The translations under genes were made by a program, and so were the position numbers. The notes below the pieces were generated by a model. It was given only the letters and a program-made list of their open reading frames with translations, had not been told where the DNA came from and ran no database searches. A stretch of DNA of 64,000 bases, from NCBI GenBank assembly GCA_964276515.1, contig OZ193909.1, positions 20,088,001-20,152,000 on the forward strand, given 5' to 3'. This document shows positions 28,001 through 39,425 of this stretch, piece by piece (position 1 is the first letter of the stretch; the number at the start of each line of letters is the position of its first letter). Origin of the DNA: Gordius albopunctatus (Eukaryota).

Positions 28001-31000
28001 CAGGCGTCTAGGTATGAATCAAAGAAAGGGACAATTGAAGCGGCACTAAACTCGAGGAAAGGGCAAGCAATTTATTATGAGTTTACGAAGCGGCTTGGGT
28101 TTGCCTTGAGATTCCGCTTGGGCAGATTTCGATTCTACAGAAGTTTTATTGCAATGGGCCGGTGTATTGAGCGACGGGGCGTGATTATTGCCGTTCGTCA
28201 TCTTAAAAAAAAATCATCATAGATTCATAGATTACATACGAATGCTGGTGCCATTTGTTTCAGATGCTAAAGTGGGCACCATTAAATCCAATAACTTGTG
28301 GGGATTTACTGTAAACCGTAGCATTTTTTCATTTCCTAAGATTAGAATATGAGTAGAATGAAAAGTGTCAAAGGGAAAGCTTCTTTCCTGGGGTGTACCA
28401 TCCCATCGTTAAAACAGATAAAGTGATTTTACTTTGATGGAATTAGTTGATGAATAGGAAAGAATGAAATGGATTATTTAATAAAATGCGGATGCCACTA
28501 AATTGCTTCAACTTAATATAGTCACAGTATTTTTATTTTTTATTTCAGTATTTATATTTAAAATGCTGTGTTTGATGTTCAACTAGTCCAACATTTTTTT
28601 ATCACCTCATAAAAACACTTTAAATAACCTAAATTACTATAAGCAATATGTACTTGCCTCATTGTTGCACATTTCAAAATGACGAAGAAGAGTCCATATA
28701 TTCTTAATATAAAACAAAAAATAAAAAGGAAATTTTTTAGGAAGACTCCTTACAAATTGATAAATAAAAAAATTTATTGCAAAAAAAACGGACCCCGGGC
28801 TCGAACCCGTTAACGACGGCGCTAAGTTGGAGCGCGGATCTGTAAGAGGGTGGAACGAGGTCTGGAGGTAACTGGGCTGGCAAAACGGACAAACGACCAG
28901 CTTTGTATTGTTCGCACAAATACATAGCGAGCGTGAATTCTTCCAAGCTCAAACGCCCGTCTAAGTCGATATCCGATAAATTCCTGAAAAATACCACGCA
29001 AATATATAGGTAAAAACAGATATCAAGGTGGGCGTAGCCAAGGGGTGGGGGCAGGGAGGGGCGGCCCCCCCCCCCTAAATCCAAAAATCTGTTTAAATTT
29101 ATTAAAATTATGGCTAAAATTGATCATTTTGCCCCTCCATAAATCATTATTTCCCCCCCTCTAACTCCAATGCAGGGTAAGCTCATGAATATGACTATAA
29201 AGCGAAGGCTTACCAAATTTGAGCCAAAATTGTTTGAGGTAGCTGCGTTTGAAGCAAAACGTTTTTAACTTGGACCCCTAGAAGTTTCAAAATTATAAAA
29301 AGTGACGAGTTTTCTATAGTGATATAAAATTGTTTACCATAAAAAAATGCGATATTATGAAATGTACCCGAAAGGTAGCCAGTTTTATCTTTGTCCAACG
29401 ACATAAACACCTGATTCGTCCTCAGTCTAGAGTTGTGAGGAATAGACCAATCAGTGGTGAGTGAAGATGTAAGGGAGCCACTCGATTGGACCAGGCTCCT
29501 AATCACGTGATACATAAATGATAGATAATGATTTGTTTAAAAAGGGTGAAATTTGGGGGAAAAAATATTGCCTAAACCATTTTACGTTTTGATATATATG
29601 ATGTTTTTAAGGCATTTTTCTTCATTTATTATTCCCATTTGAAACACTAATCATTTTATCATTTTTAAAAATACACATTTTGTAAAAATCAATTTTCTCG
29701 CGACCATTAATTTTTATATAAATAATATAATTTTAATTACGTGGGTATTGACATATTGATAGTGTTGGAGTTGGGATGGGGGAGGAGGGAGGTGCGACTG
29801 GCGCTGCTCGGAGCAGATATGGAAGAGAAGGGTTCGAGACCGGGTCCCAACCAATTTTTGGCGTCGTTATTATGGCTTCCTATCGGAGCTATCGTGTTAT
29901 ATATATATATATCATTATTTTGGTCATTAAATCAGCAAAATATTAATACATTTCGCAAAAAAAAATAAAAAAAATATTTTGTGTAAGTTGATCTCGAATA
30001 AAATACGCCTATTTTCGTTGCCGTTTAAAAATATATGATGTTCTCCGTGTAAAAATGATATAAATTATGGAAAAATAATAACTTATATAGAAATATACAT
30101 TTATACAAAGTTAATGTGACAACAGCCGTGAAAGTTTGTTTAAAACGCAATCGTAACAATTATTGGGCAATAAACCTCTATTAGTGTTAAAAAAATAAAT
30201 TGTGAACAATTATATATCTAAAATGATATATAATTAATAATGTAGAAATAAACTGTAAAAAGAAAAGCTCCAAACATTTCTCAAAATAAAACAAGTTAAA
30301 AAATAATAAATTTAGGAATTTGATAAATAAAATACACGTACTAACCAGATGTATTAGTGAGGCTGGAAATAGATGGGTTGGGATTGAATGAAGGAACCAA
30401 TGATGCCACGCCGTATGGGGTCAGTTGGACCCCATTAGATGGGGCATACCCGTTGGTGAGTAAGGTGGTTGCGGTTGCTAAATCGACGATTAAAACGCAA
30501 TTCAACGAATTCAATTTAATTTGGAAAAATACAAATTGATAAATTTTATTGGTATACCGACACGCGTGAATAAGGTAAACACCGAAGAAGAGTAAATATG
30601 AGACCGAGGTATTATGTCAATAAGTATAATAAATGTGGGGCCCCAAAAGTAAAATGTCACAATTCGGGTTGTAAAAACGGTTGCTTTGGAATAGAACAAA
30701 GGTTTTTTGGTCTTTTTTTTCTTAGACGACCAATGGGCTTGGTCAGAATTTGAAAAAAAAGACCAGAAGCGATCGTTAGTCTTGGTTAAACCAATGGCCG
30801 ACTAAACGAAAACCCAGCCCCCTTACTACAACACTAGTCAGAATTTATATCACTTAATGAAAAAAAAAGTGAAAAGTGTAAAAAATAAGCAAAAAAATAT
30901 GCTCAAAAATAGAAGTGTGCTCGTCAACTTTGAATACATATGGACTATAGTAATTTTGGTTAATTGAGACGTTTTCAAAAAACGCAATAAAAAAATATGA

Positions 31001-32910
31001 AGCTAGGTAAAGATTAAAAACAGCATTTTAAAATAGACATCATTTACGAAATTCCTCAAACATGCAAATACCGTGATTATGTGATGTTGGGGCAATTTAG
31101 TGCCATCTACATTTTATTAAATATAATCATATTCATTAACTCATTCGAGGAGGCTAAATTCACATTTTGCCGTTTGACCAATGGGATGGTACACTGCACA
31201 AAGACACGTGGGAGATTGTCAAATTCAAAATGGCGGTGACTTACGGTCTCCCGAGGTCGGAGAGCGCATAGTGGTGGGCGGCTGGGGCTGAGGAGTAGCG
31301 CCCGGCACATCCAAACCCTGCAATTTGCGTTGAATGAGGTGCATGGCCACACAAAATTCCGATCTATTCAGCATGCCATCTTTATCCGCATCAGCTATCT
31401 CCCTAAGCCCCCATCATTTGCAATTAAAATTAATTAATTAATTTATGGTCTATAATACAGACGGCTGGCTCCCCCCCCAACAATCGATGCGCCTTTACCC
31501 CGGCCAAATGGAAGGGGTAATATTAAAATGATGCTAAAATGTTCTTTATATGACCTGGAAGATAGGTTTTAATTGGCCGGAGGCCGGCCTGAAATGCTTT
31601 CTTGATTTTGACCCGGGTCAAGCCCGGCACGGTTGTTTTAGTAATTAAACTTTGGGGCAAATATTACGTTTGAACAATGTTTTACCCATATAAGTTATAG
31701 ATCCAATTTGATCGTTATTCCGCAATTTGAAAAAAAAACAAACAAACATGTGTATTCCATATAAATAAGTGATTCCTTTCTCTCGCTACAATTTATTCAA
31801 CTAATTGCACTGGTCAACAAATAATGGACTTGCGAAATCAACCTGGGAACTATTTGCAGATTCTGGTAGAGTTTTTCACTGTGAACACAAATACCTCAAG
31901 TTTTTTAAATATCCGCTGTCAAAGTTGGCAAAAACGCGATTTTAGCGTTTTTGCCAACTTAAATAACTTGCAAATTAACCGGGAAAAATTTTGTTTCGTA
32001 GAGATAGTTTTTTATCCTAGCACATTTACTTTTTAAATTATATACAAAATTAATTATCCCTACTATCTTTTACATTGACAAATTACACCAGACTTGAGGG
32101 CGCCCTCCCTTCTCTTCAACACTAGGAATTAAGTGCGTGTTGTTGTTTATCTACTCTACTACTAGCTACTATTACCAAAACTTTGACAGCAAATATTTAA
32201 AAAACTTGACGTATAGGGGAAAAACTAAAAAGATATTTGTGTTCACAGTGAAAAACTCTAGCAGAATCTGCAAACAGTTTGCAGTTTAATTTCTCTAGTT
32301 GAACCGTGTTATTCATTTAACGTATAAATATTATACCTTTATGAAATCAAAAGTTATTTAATCGTTTTAAATAAATGAGCTATCTGAAATATTTCCTCCA
32401 TTTATTTTACTGCTCGCTAGTATCGGAGGACTTTAAAAACTATTGGGTTTGGTTAAACCATATTTTATAAAAAGGTTTAATTCGCGCCGAGCTTGGCCTC
32501 GGGTGGGGTTGTCTTCAGGCCCGAGCCGAAACCCTCTTGGGCCGGGTCGGAGAAGGGGGGCGGACCCTTGCAGGGCTCTAAGGACAGACATAACTTACCA
32601 AATGGTGGCTAGGATTTGAGTGGGAAGACCGGATTGAATGAAGAATTGTCTAGCGATAGCACCTAGTGCAATATTCATAAATATTCTACAAATTATTTAA
32701 AAATAAAATAATAGATTATTATAACAAGATAAAATGTCATAAAATGTAGCACACAAATAAATTAATAATTTGGATTTATGGATAATAATAATAAAATAAA
32801 TAATGGTAACCCGTAATAAGACCATTCACGGGCTTTAAAAGGTGAAATTGCTGATCGTGACGGGTTCGCTCTTCCTGCGATATGAACCAGGCATCACCGC
32901 TTCCTGACAT
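9741..32910 (-). CDS. ITSN: Intersectin (Dap160-like) short form: 2 EH domains, coiled coil, 5 SH3 domains, ~1,330 aa, 28 coding exons
   Basis: Phase-consistent GT-AG exon chain, 5'->3': 32811-32910, 32599-32662, 31245-31402, 30346-30477, 29741-29888, 29368-29498, 29214-29277, 28794-28983, 28087-28201, 27243-27393, 25903-26014, 25079-25228, 23827-23967, 22638-22710, 22130-22257, 21227-21387, 19792-19838, 18984-19241, 18302-18390, 17730-17887, 15073-15136, 14804-14983, 13627-13754, 13326-13525, 12499-12740, 11223-11441, 10531-10620, 9741-10046. Hallmarks are [36 protein letters not shown] and [10 protein letters not shown]...GWWEGE...[13 protein letters not shown]. Linker exon boundaries are less certain. 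Confidence 0.92.
10531..11441 (-). CDS. ITSN: Intersectin SH3D exons (11223-11441, 10531-10620)
   Basis: Encodes [17 protein letters not shown]...[29 protein letters not shown]. Confidence 0.9.
12499..12740 (-). CDS. ITSN: Intersectin SH3C exon
   Basis: Encodes [21 protein letters not shown]...DWWTG...GTFPSNYV, with canonical splice sites. Confidence 0.9.
12847..13049. mobile_element. hAT-like MITE family 4 (TIR TAGAGTTGTTAAATTGCTAA)
   Basis: ~30-bp TIRs and a perfect 8-bp TSD CAAACGAT. A sister copy lies at 22783-22984. Confidence 0.9.
13627..14983 (-). CDS. ITSN: Intersectin SH3B exons (14804-14983, 13627-13754)
   Basis: Encodes [22 protein letters not shown]...[20 protein letters not shown]. 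Confidence 0.88.
13831..14020. mobile_element. hAT-like MITE family 2 (TIR consensus CAGTGTTGTAAAAACGGCTGG), representative copy
   Basis: Has TIRs and a degenerate 8-bp TSD GTAGAAAT/ATATAAAT. Related copies near 10930, 12200, 16700-17240, 17500, 18850, 22410, 26395, 30665, 35460 and 36168. Confidence 0.65.
14212..14513. mobile_element. Tc1/mariner (pogo/Tigger-like) MITE
   Basis: TA|CAGT...ACTG|TA termini with imperfect TIRs. Confidence 0.65.
16071..16697 (+). mobile_element. Probable LTR remnant inside an intersectin intron
   Basis: Polypurine tract AAGGGGGGAGCAGG lies directly before TGTAG. Contains an internal direct repeat AGATAAGCTTAAAAT, TATAAAA at 16281 and AATAAA at 16444. The 3' end is tentative. 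Confidence 0.4.
16759..17071. mobile_element. hAT-like MITE family 3 (TIR CATAGACTA...), nested in a family-2 MITE
   Basis: ~37-bp TIR CATAGAC(C/T)AATAAAACTATAGA(T/C)TGCCGAACA(A/G)CTGA; TSD ACTAAACA/AGTAAAAA. Confidence 0.75.
17730..18390 (-). CDS. ITSN: Intersectin SH3A exons (18302-18390, 17730-17887)
   Basis: Encodes [51 protein letters not shown]. Confidence 0.9.
20284..20425. mobile_element. hAT-like MITE family 5 (TAGAGACC termini, CCCGA-rich subterminal motifs)
   Basis: Perfect 8-bp TSD CGATAGAT. Relatives at 24074-24251 (TSD ACCAACTT/ACCAACTC), 47025-47467 (TSD GCTGCCAC/GTTGCCAC) and near 20600, 25370, 27010, 32480 and 33570. Confidence 0.8.
22130..27393 (-). CDS. ITSN: Intersectin coiled-coil (K/E/L/R/Q-rich) exons
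   Basis: Encodes [13 protein letters not shown]...|[12 protein letters not shown]...|[13 protein letters not shown]...|[11 protein letters not shown]...|NARQRLQDL...|...SLKRQLAE, with compatible intron phases. Confidence 0.85.
22783..22984. mobile_element. hAT-like MITE family 4, second copy
   Basis: TIRs and a perfect TSD TTGGTAGT; highly similar to 12847-13049. Confidence 0.9.
24310..24669 (+). mobile_element. Possible LTR remnant
   Basis: G-rich tract directly before TGTACTG, TATATAA at ~24527, ends ...TCAACA. No coding remnant was recognised. Confidence 0.35.
26824..26950. repeat. 58-bp tandem duplication (~2.2 units)
   Basis: GATGCAAATAAGTA(G/A)AGCCCCCTGGACGGGCCAATAATTAAGACCCATTTAATCCCTA is repeated with one mismatch. 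Confidence 0.9.
28794..29498 (-). CDS. ITSN: Intersectin EH2 exons
   Basis: Encodes [72 protein letters not shown]. Confidence 0.92.
31245..32910 (-). CDS. ITSN: Intersectin start and EH1 exons
   Basis: Encodes [78 protein letters not shown]. Confidence 0.92.
31808..32310. repeat. Foldback-type element with ~100-bp inverted arms
   Basis: TTTGCAGATTCTGGTAGAGTTTTTCACTGTGAACACAAATA (~31855) is mirrored at ~32233-32273. TSD not resolved. Confidence 0.7.
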
Positions 32911-33829
32911 ATTTGCTAGCTGCGATCAATATAAATAAATGCAATAAATAATCAAAATGTTTTTGAAATTTAATTTATCTAGTTTTTTAGTATTGGAGCA
33001 AAAAGCAATATCACAAATAGCGATTTAGTTCGTTGAAATTATAATGAATTTATTGGGTTAGACTCCTCTCTACCCTTTCCCTTCTCCCAAGTGGAATTTC
33101 CAAGTTTCACAACTTTTTACGTTAATAAATATATTCTAACCCCTTTGCAGGTCTGGAGATTTAAGGTTGCTCAGTTAAATTTTTAGCAATTCTCCAAAAC
33201 ATAAAAACTATAATTATAATTTTTCAAGTGTTCAATTAACCGATTTAAATAAATATTACATATCTTAGAAGTATTAATAGTTAAGAAGACATATTATAGC
33301 TAAGACGGTTAATCAAAGTTTGATTTAAGGTAATAATTTTAGGTACCTTTTATAACCTTACCAGAAGCTATTATATTATAATTATAGATTAATTCATGAA
33401 AATTGGAAATAATTGGACAAGAAAAATTTTGAAGCATCGTAACTAATAAGGAATTGCACTTATCTTAATTGGAATATCAAGAAATAACTATCTTATATGA
33501 AGTAATGGAAATATGGATTTTAAACAAATAAGATATTCAAATTCAGCGGTCAAAATGTAATGTATGCGACAGGATGGTCGAAACCCGATCTAATATTTTC
33601 GAATCCGTCCGAGTCCTTTATAAAAATTTCCGGCGCGCCCAAACCCATCCGTAATATTTTTAAGCACTTCATGTCGGTCGGGACCCGCCCCCGGGCCTGC
33701 CCGTGCCGATCTCTACTCAAAGACTTAATTTCCTTTGTGGAGGTCTAACGAATTTTTTTTCGTTCAAGAGCTGAGAAAAATTTCGTTGGAGGAAATTTAA
33801 ATTTATTTTGAGACGGAAAGTATGATGCG

Positions 33830-35295
33830 GCGCTATGATCAGGTCGCCAAAGCCATCACCATCATTAAAGACTATTGTGTACCCTTAAACCTAACGCTCA
33901 ACGAGGCCAAATGCGAAATTTTACAACCACCTGCTTGTGACCAATACCCGATTTTTGGCTAAGGAAAACCTTTCTATCCTCGGTTCACCCATAGGCGGAT
34001 CTCCGTGCTTGCAAGACTTTTTATATAAACATTTAGCCTTTTTGGCCTCAAAAATGGAACTTTTAAAGTTGTTACCAATACATCACGCTCTTTTATGATA
34101 AAAAACTTTTTTTAATATTTCCAAGATTCAGCATTGTTTTCGATCAGCTGCTGCTTTTTTACACACAGATATCCTTAAATTATACGAATCCACAATTAAA
34201 AATCTCCTAGAAAAAATTCTAAACTTCTCTTTCAATGATACTAGCTGGTTACAAGCCACTCTTCCAACTAAATTTGGAGGATTAGGAATAAGGTCCCCCT
34301 TGACCATTAGCCTAGTAGCCTTTCTCTCGTCTTACAATTTAGTGAAAGATCTCGTTTTTAAATTGACCACCCATACGGAAGATTTCTTAACGCAAACAGC
34401 TTTAACATCATGGCTTGAAAATGTAATGCCAGGAACCATTATTCCAAGTTCAGTCAAACAACGAGACTGGGATGCCAGTATAGTGTCACGCTCCGTCGCT
34501 TACCTACTTTCGAGTTGTGACGCCGTACAGCACTTCAATCTCAGGTCACTAACGACTGACTCTGGTCACGAATGGCTGGAATGCATTCCGCCGAGCAAGT
34601 TCTCTGCGCTCTTACTCTCAAACCCCGAAATTACTTACGCGATCGCCTTGAGACTGGGGATCCCATTTTGCAAGCAATTGACTTGTAAAAATTGTAAGAA
34701 ACAAATTGATGTTTGGGCCCATCACCCCTTACATTGTAAACTTAACAAATTCCGTTTCATTCGCCATCAAAAGATCAACCTTTTGATCCAAACCGCTTTA
34801 CTAAAAGCCGGCTTCCCTTCCATTCTCGAACCATCAGAACCCACTCTTGAGGGTAGAATGCGGCTTGATGGAACATCCACAATTCCATGGGATGATGGTA
34901 AGTTCCTATCTCGGGACTTTACCTGCATCGACGTATTTGCACCCTCTAACAATAAAGCTGACCCACTAGCTCTAGCGGAAACAGGCAAAACCAATAAATA
35001 CCGTGATATAATCCCTTCTAAAATTTTTATCCCTATCGTGGCTTCCTGTCCCGCTACTTCTGGCAAACAGGCATTAGCCTTTTTTAAATTGATAGGAAAG
35101 AGATCTCCCGAAGGAAAATACTCCGCAAGCTTTGTTTTACGCCAAAAAATAGGAATTTTAATAGCGAAATACAACTATAAGGCATTTTCCGACACCTGGC
35201 CTCTGGCCCTCGATGAAGAGTAGCCACGCCTTTTATTAATTTATTGATCGTGTTTTATATTTTTATTATATATAGACTTCACCTAATAAAGATTT
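33830..35295 (+). mobile_element. 5'-truncated CRE-clade non-LTR retrotransposon (reverse transcriptase C-terminal remnant, CCHC knuckle, REL endonuclease)
   Basis: Frameshifted LNLTLNEAKCEI, ILGSPIG and WLQATLPTKFGGLGIR. ORF 34300-35223 has AIALRLG, CKNC..HPLHC, RH, LEP, RLDG, DFTC and LRQKIG. AATAAA follows at ~35285. Confidence 0.85.
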
Positions 35296-36059
35296 ATATT
35301 ATTTTAAAAAAAAATTTGACAAATTGCCAACCGAATTAGCGAGGCATGGTACTCGGTAGTTTAATATTAAACATCGATTAAAAGCTATTTTTTGTAAACC
35401 CGGGGGGGGGGGAACAAAACAATCTAGAATTCGTAGTTTGTCTGAAACTGTCATAGTAAAGTGTTGTAAAAATGGCTGGGTAGATAGGCTAAACATATCG
35501 GATAGACCACAAATTTTATGCTCTGATTTTGTTAGTAAACCTCCAGGTTGAGTTAAAATTTGAAAAATCTAGGCTTAGTCAAAGTCTATCGTTACTCTTA
35601 GTTGATCCAGCCGTTTTTACAATCATACTGGTGTGGGCCTCATCCCCTCTAAAAAAGGAACAAGATTCCTATTAAGAGACAGAGGAGACGCTATATCTCT
35701 GTCGTATAGGATGTTGTATATGTGAATGAATACGTATATTTGTATATCCTTGTCTACAGATTATATTATTGCTATAATTATATAGTTTAACATCGTAAGC
35801 CAAAATCCGAGTTGGTAATTAACATATGTTTTAATCTTTTTATTTTGTTTTGTCTTAAAAACTTTGTTTTATATATACTGTATGTCCCATCCCCTGGCCC
35901 TTAATAAATCTTTATCATGATATTTATTAGTATCATTATTTGTAATAATCTCCTAATACAAGCAAGAATAAATGGATTTTTGAATTTTTTTTGGTATTCC
36001 ATAAAGGTTGTTTCCCAAAACAAAAACAAAACGCGTATTAAAAGATCAAAATCAATAAC

Positions 36060-36170
36060 AATCGATAGTGAGTGTTGCTAGCGTCATCGCCTCCCGATCA
36101 ATAATAAATCGCGCGCAATCAGGGTTTGAGTGGAGGGAGGGGGCGAGACTAGAGCGGACGCGCTCATTAG
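36060..36170 (-). promoter_or_regulatory. Candidate intersectin promoter or first-exon region
   Basis: Unique CpG-rich patch with a GC-box-like GGAGGGGGCG, upstream of the splice acceptor (32920) that precedes the ATG. Inference only. Confidence 0.25.
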
Positions 36171-38564
36171 TGTTGTAAAAAGGACCGGGTTTTGTTTGCT
36201 CCACTTTGGTGGTTCAACCAAGAGCAACAATGAATTCTGGCCTGCCTTTCAAATTTCGACCAAAGCTAGCGGTCGACTAAGAAAAACAGACACCAAATAG
36301 CCTTTGAGGTCTTGGAAAAAAATAATACTAGCACTCATAGGTTTTGTGGCATTACGAGGAAAAAATTTGGAATTTGGGCGAAACTTAGGTGAACCCCGTG
36401 GATTTTATACATTATTTAGGGGGGGGGGTGGCACAAAATTAAAAAATTTGATTGGAAATCTTGATAATGAATTTAGATTAAATCGATAAAATGGACATAG
36501 CTGAAGGATGACAAATTTACGAAATGAAATCAAAAGATTAAATCACGTAACAATAATCTTTTTTTAAACAAAATGTGTAAAATTATTGAGCCCGTCCTAG
36601 GGCCCATGATGATGTCAACCACCAGCATATGTGTGATAAACAGCCAGAGAAAGAAGAAGATTAAGATCTAATCAAGCCTTCAAGGAATTTCGATAGAATA
36701 TAAATAAGAGACCTAGATGCCTCTTTATCCATAATGCAAATAAAGTTCAAGATTTTGTGGTTTTTGGGTAAATTATTTCGATAGAGACGTTTTTAGGAAC
36801 AAAATGCACCAAAATTTAAGTGAATTTTCAAAAATATGATAAAAAATTGTAAAATCAATAAATAACTTAAAAAGTAATTACTATAATATATGAGGCCTAC
36901 ACCCTCACCAAGAATTATCTTAATCTGATACGGTCAGTCAAAAATCGTCTTTTTTAATGATTTATCATTGAATGGGCCAAAAATGAAAAGCAAAAAATTA
37001 ATTATTCACCATATGCCCTTACTAAAATTTAATCAACTAAATTGTTTAATCTAAAAATTAAAAATTATTGATTTCAATCTAACGTTTTAAGAAATATAAT
37101 TTTCTTTTTTAAAAATCATACAATTAGATTATTAATTAATCAAACTAAATGCTTACTTTATATATATTAGTAAAAAGAGTGGGTTTGAATTTAAAAAAAA
37201 CTAGAGTTGGGTTCTTAGGTAGTAGTAGAGCTTGCCCATTAGGCTCAATCCAAAACCAAAACCCTTTCAGGCTGGGTCATATAAAGCTCCCGGAAAGTCT
37301 TATTCATTTAAGATGTGAAACTTCAAAAAGTTAAAAGGCTTATAGAATATAGGTTTAAATTAGTTGTTAATTTAAAACCATGTAAGGGTTTTAACGCAAA
37401 AATTAATATTAATAACATCCATTTGAAAAACATAATCTTATTCTTAATTTTAACAAGACAATATCATATTCCCATATGCTGAGTCTATTCATATTAAGAG
37501 TTCAAGGGCCATAGTAAATTCAAAGAAGTATTATGTAAAAAAGTTAAAGTGATAATTACTAACTAATGAATTACATATGGTTCTTACTAATTACAATTAC
37601 TTAGGAAATGTTGACCCTAAATAACAACTAATCTTGATACAATGAGGATTAATAATAAAGATTCTTGGGCATCAGGCTCGAATAAAAATATCAAAAATGA
37701 TAAATTAGTTATTATATATAAAATAATCAAAATAAATGCAAATACAGCAGATCCAAAATTAAAATTAAAAAAATTATTAAGAGATGTATTTAGATCTAAT
37801 TTTGTATTTTAATATACGACAATTATGTATGTTATTAACTTACTTTAGTAAAAATGAAATTTCATAAAATCTAAATTTATAACTCAACTATTTAGTAAAA
37901 ACAGCTGTTTGATTTTGATTCTATTATTTATTAAATAATTTATAACTTGTTAATATACTTGAGATATTTATTTATGTTTAGAGTAAAATAGATTATTTAT
38001 TTCGTATCTATCAATCTTCTATGATATATTTTAGGCGGTTGTTTAAGTTTAAAAGCTAGGTATTTTAGTGAAGTGCATTTTTCCTATGTTTGCCGTCAAG
38101 TAATGATAAATTTCCTATTTTATATAATATTCATGTTGAGTCACAACCATCAACAAAAATGTTATGCCAGTAAGCCGGAAAAGCTTTAGAGGTAGTCTAA
38201 GCGTTAATATGATCATGAATTTTATTAACCACTCAAATTTAGTTATTTTGAATGTCTTCAAATGTTACCCCATCTTCAAATTATAAATATTTTTAAAGCT
38301 TGTATAAAATATTAAATTGGCTCACTTTCTTTAAGTGTGTTTTACATAATACCCCCCCCCCCTCATTCTACACTGATAAACCCGCGTACAAAGGCCACCA
38401 AATTTTGTAAACACATTTAAACCCCCCCTCGTTTTCGCTCAAAAAGAGTTTTTGTACAAAGTCAGACACTCAAAATACTGCTCACAAATCCAGGCTGGCA
38501 TTATAATTGACATCAGGTTTTTGTCGATCGCAAAATTTTTCAGGCCATATTGGACATGCATAGG

Positions 38565-38729
38565 CATGGGCGTAGCCAGCATTGGAATTAGAGGGAGCAA
38601 AAATAATTTAGGGAGGGGTTAAATGATCATTTTTAAAAATTTTAACCATAAATTTTAACAAATTAATTAAATTCTAGAATTTAAAATGGGGCAGCCGCCC
38701 CTCCCTGCCCCCCTTTGGCTTCGCCCATG
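38565..38729. mobile_element. hAT-like MITE family 1, full copy
   Basis: CATGGGCGTAGCCA...TGGCTTCGCCCATG with TSD TGCATAGG/TGCATAAG. Confidence 0.85.
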
Positions 38730-39199
38730 TGCATAAGGGCTTATATTTGCAATTAATGAATTCAAAGTATTTACCATTATTCTTTCCCCACAAATTTTTT
38801 TATAATTATTTACCTACTTTTAACCATTTCTTACCGTTGACAAAGTTTTGAATCTCTTGATACTTCTTATTGAATTATGGAAACCAAAATTAATAAATAT
38901 TATGATTCTCATAAGACAATTTAAGTAAAATGTAGTGTTGCTACTAGCGCGTCCTATTAAATAGACTCTAAAAATTAATCAAATTTAGCATCACAACCAT
39001 CATATTATGAGAAGCGCGTCTCTAGTGTAAGGGCCTGTTTTTTAATGAAATCCCCCCCCCTGATCCGGAACTTTACTATGGGCTGAACGTTGTAGATTAT
39101 GTAGTACCACCACGTGTGTCATTATTTCTAGCTACTCTTAACCTAACTATTCTCAGCATTTTACTTTATTTATTAGCATGTAGTAACCACTACTATTTA

Positions 39200-39425
39200 A
39201 TTGATTGCTCGCGGCATATTATACTTCGGAACTAAATTGATTCATTTACATTACCTTACTACTTCGCGACGTCAATTGACCTATCACATATAGCTTGCGG
39301 ATTCACCACTAAATGTTAATTGATTTAATGTATTTCAATTAATTCACGATTATATAAAGACGTGTAAAACACTACCGAACTCTTTTATTTTCCCCTACTT
39401 TATTACTTACATTCAATAAACAATA
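39200..39425. repeat. Dispersed repeat, inverted homologue of ~1165-1430 (possibly LTR-derived)
   Basis: TCATTTACATTACCTTACTACTTC...GCGGATTCACCACTAAA...CAATTAATTCACGA is the reverse complement of ~1240-1390. Confidence 0.65.

Noticed and set aside
34767..35174. Antisense ORFs overlapping real coding regions (also 4160-4360, 7449-7957, 11176-11471, 12502-12744, 27206-27542)
   Set aside because: These are shadow frames of genuine or transposon coding sequence, with no independent domain signal.
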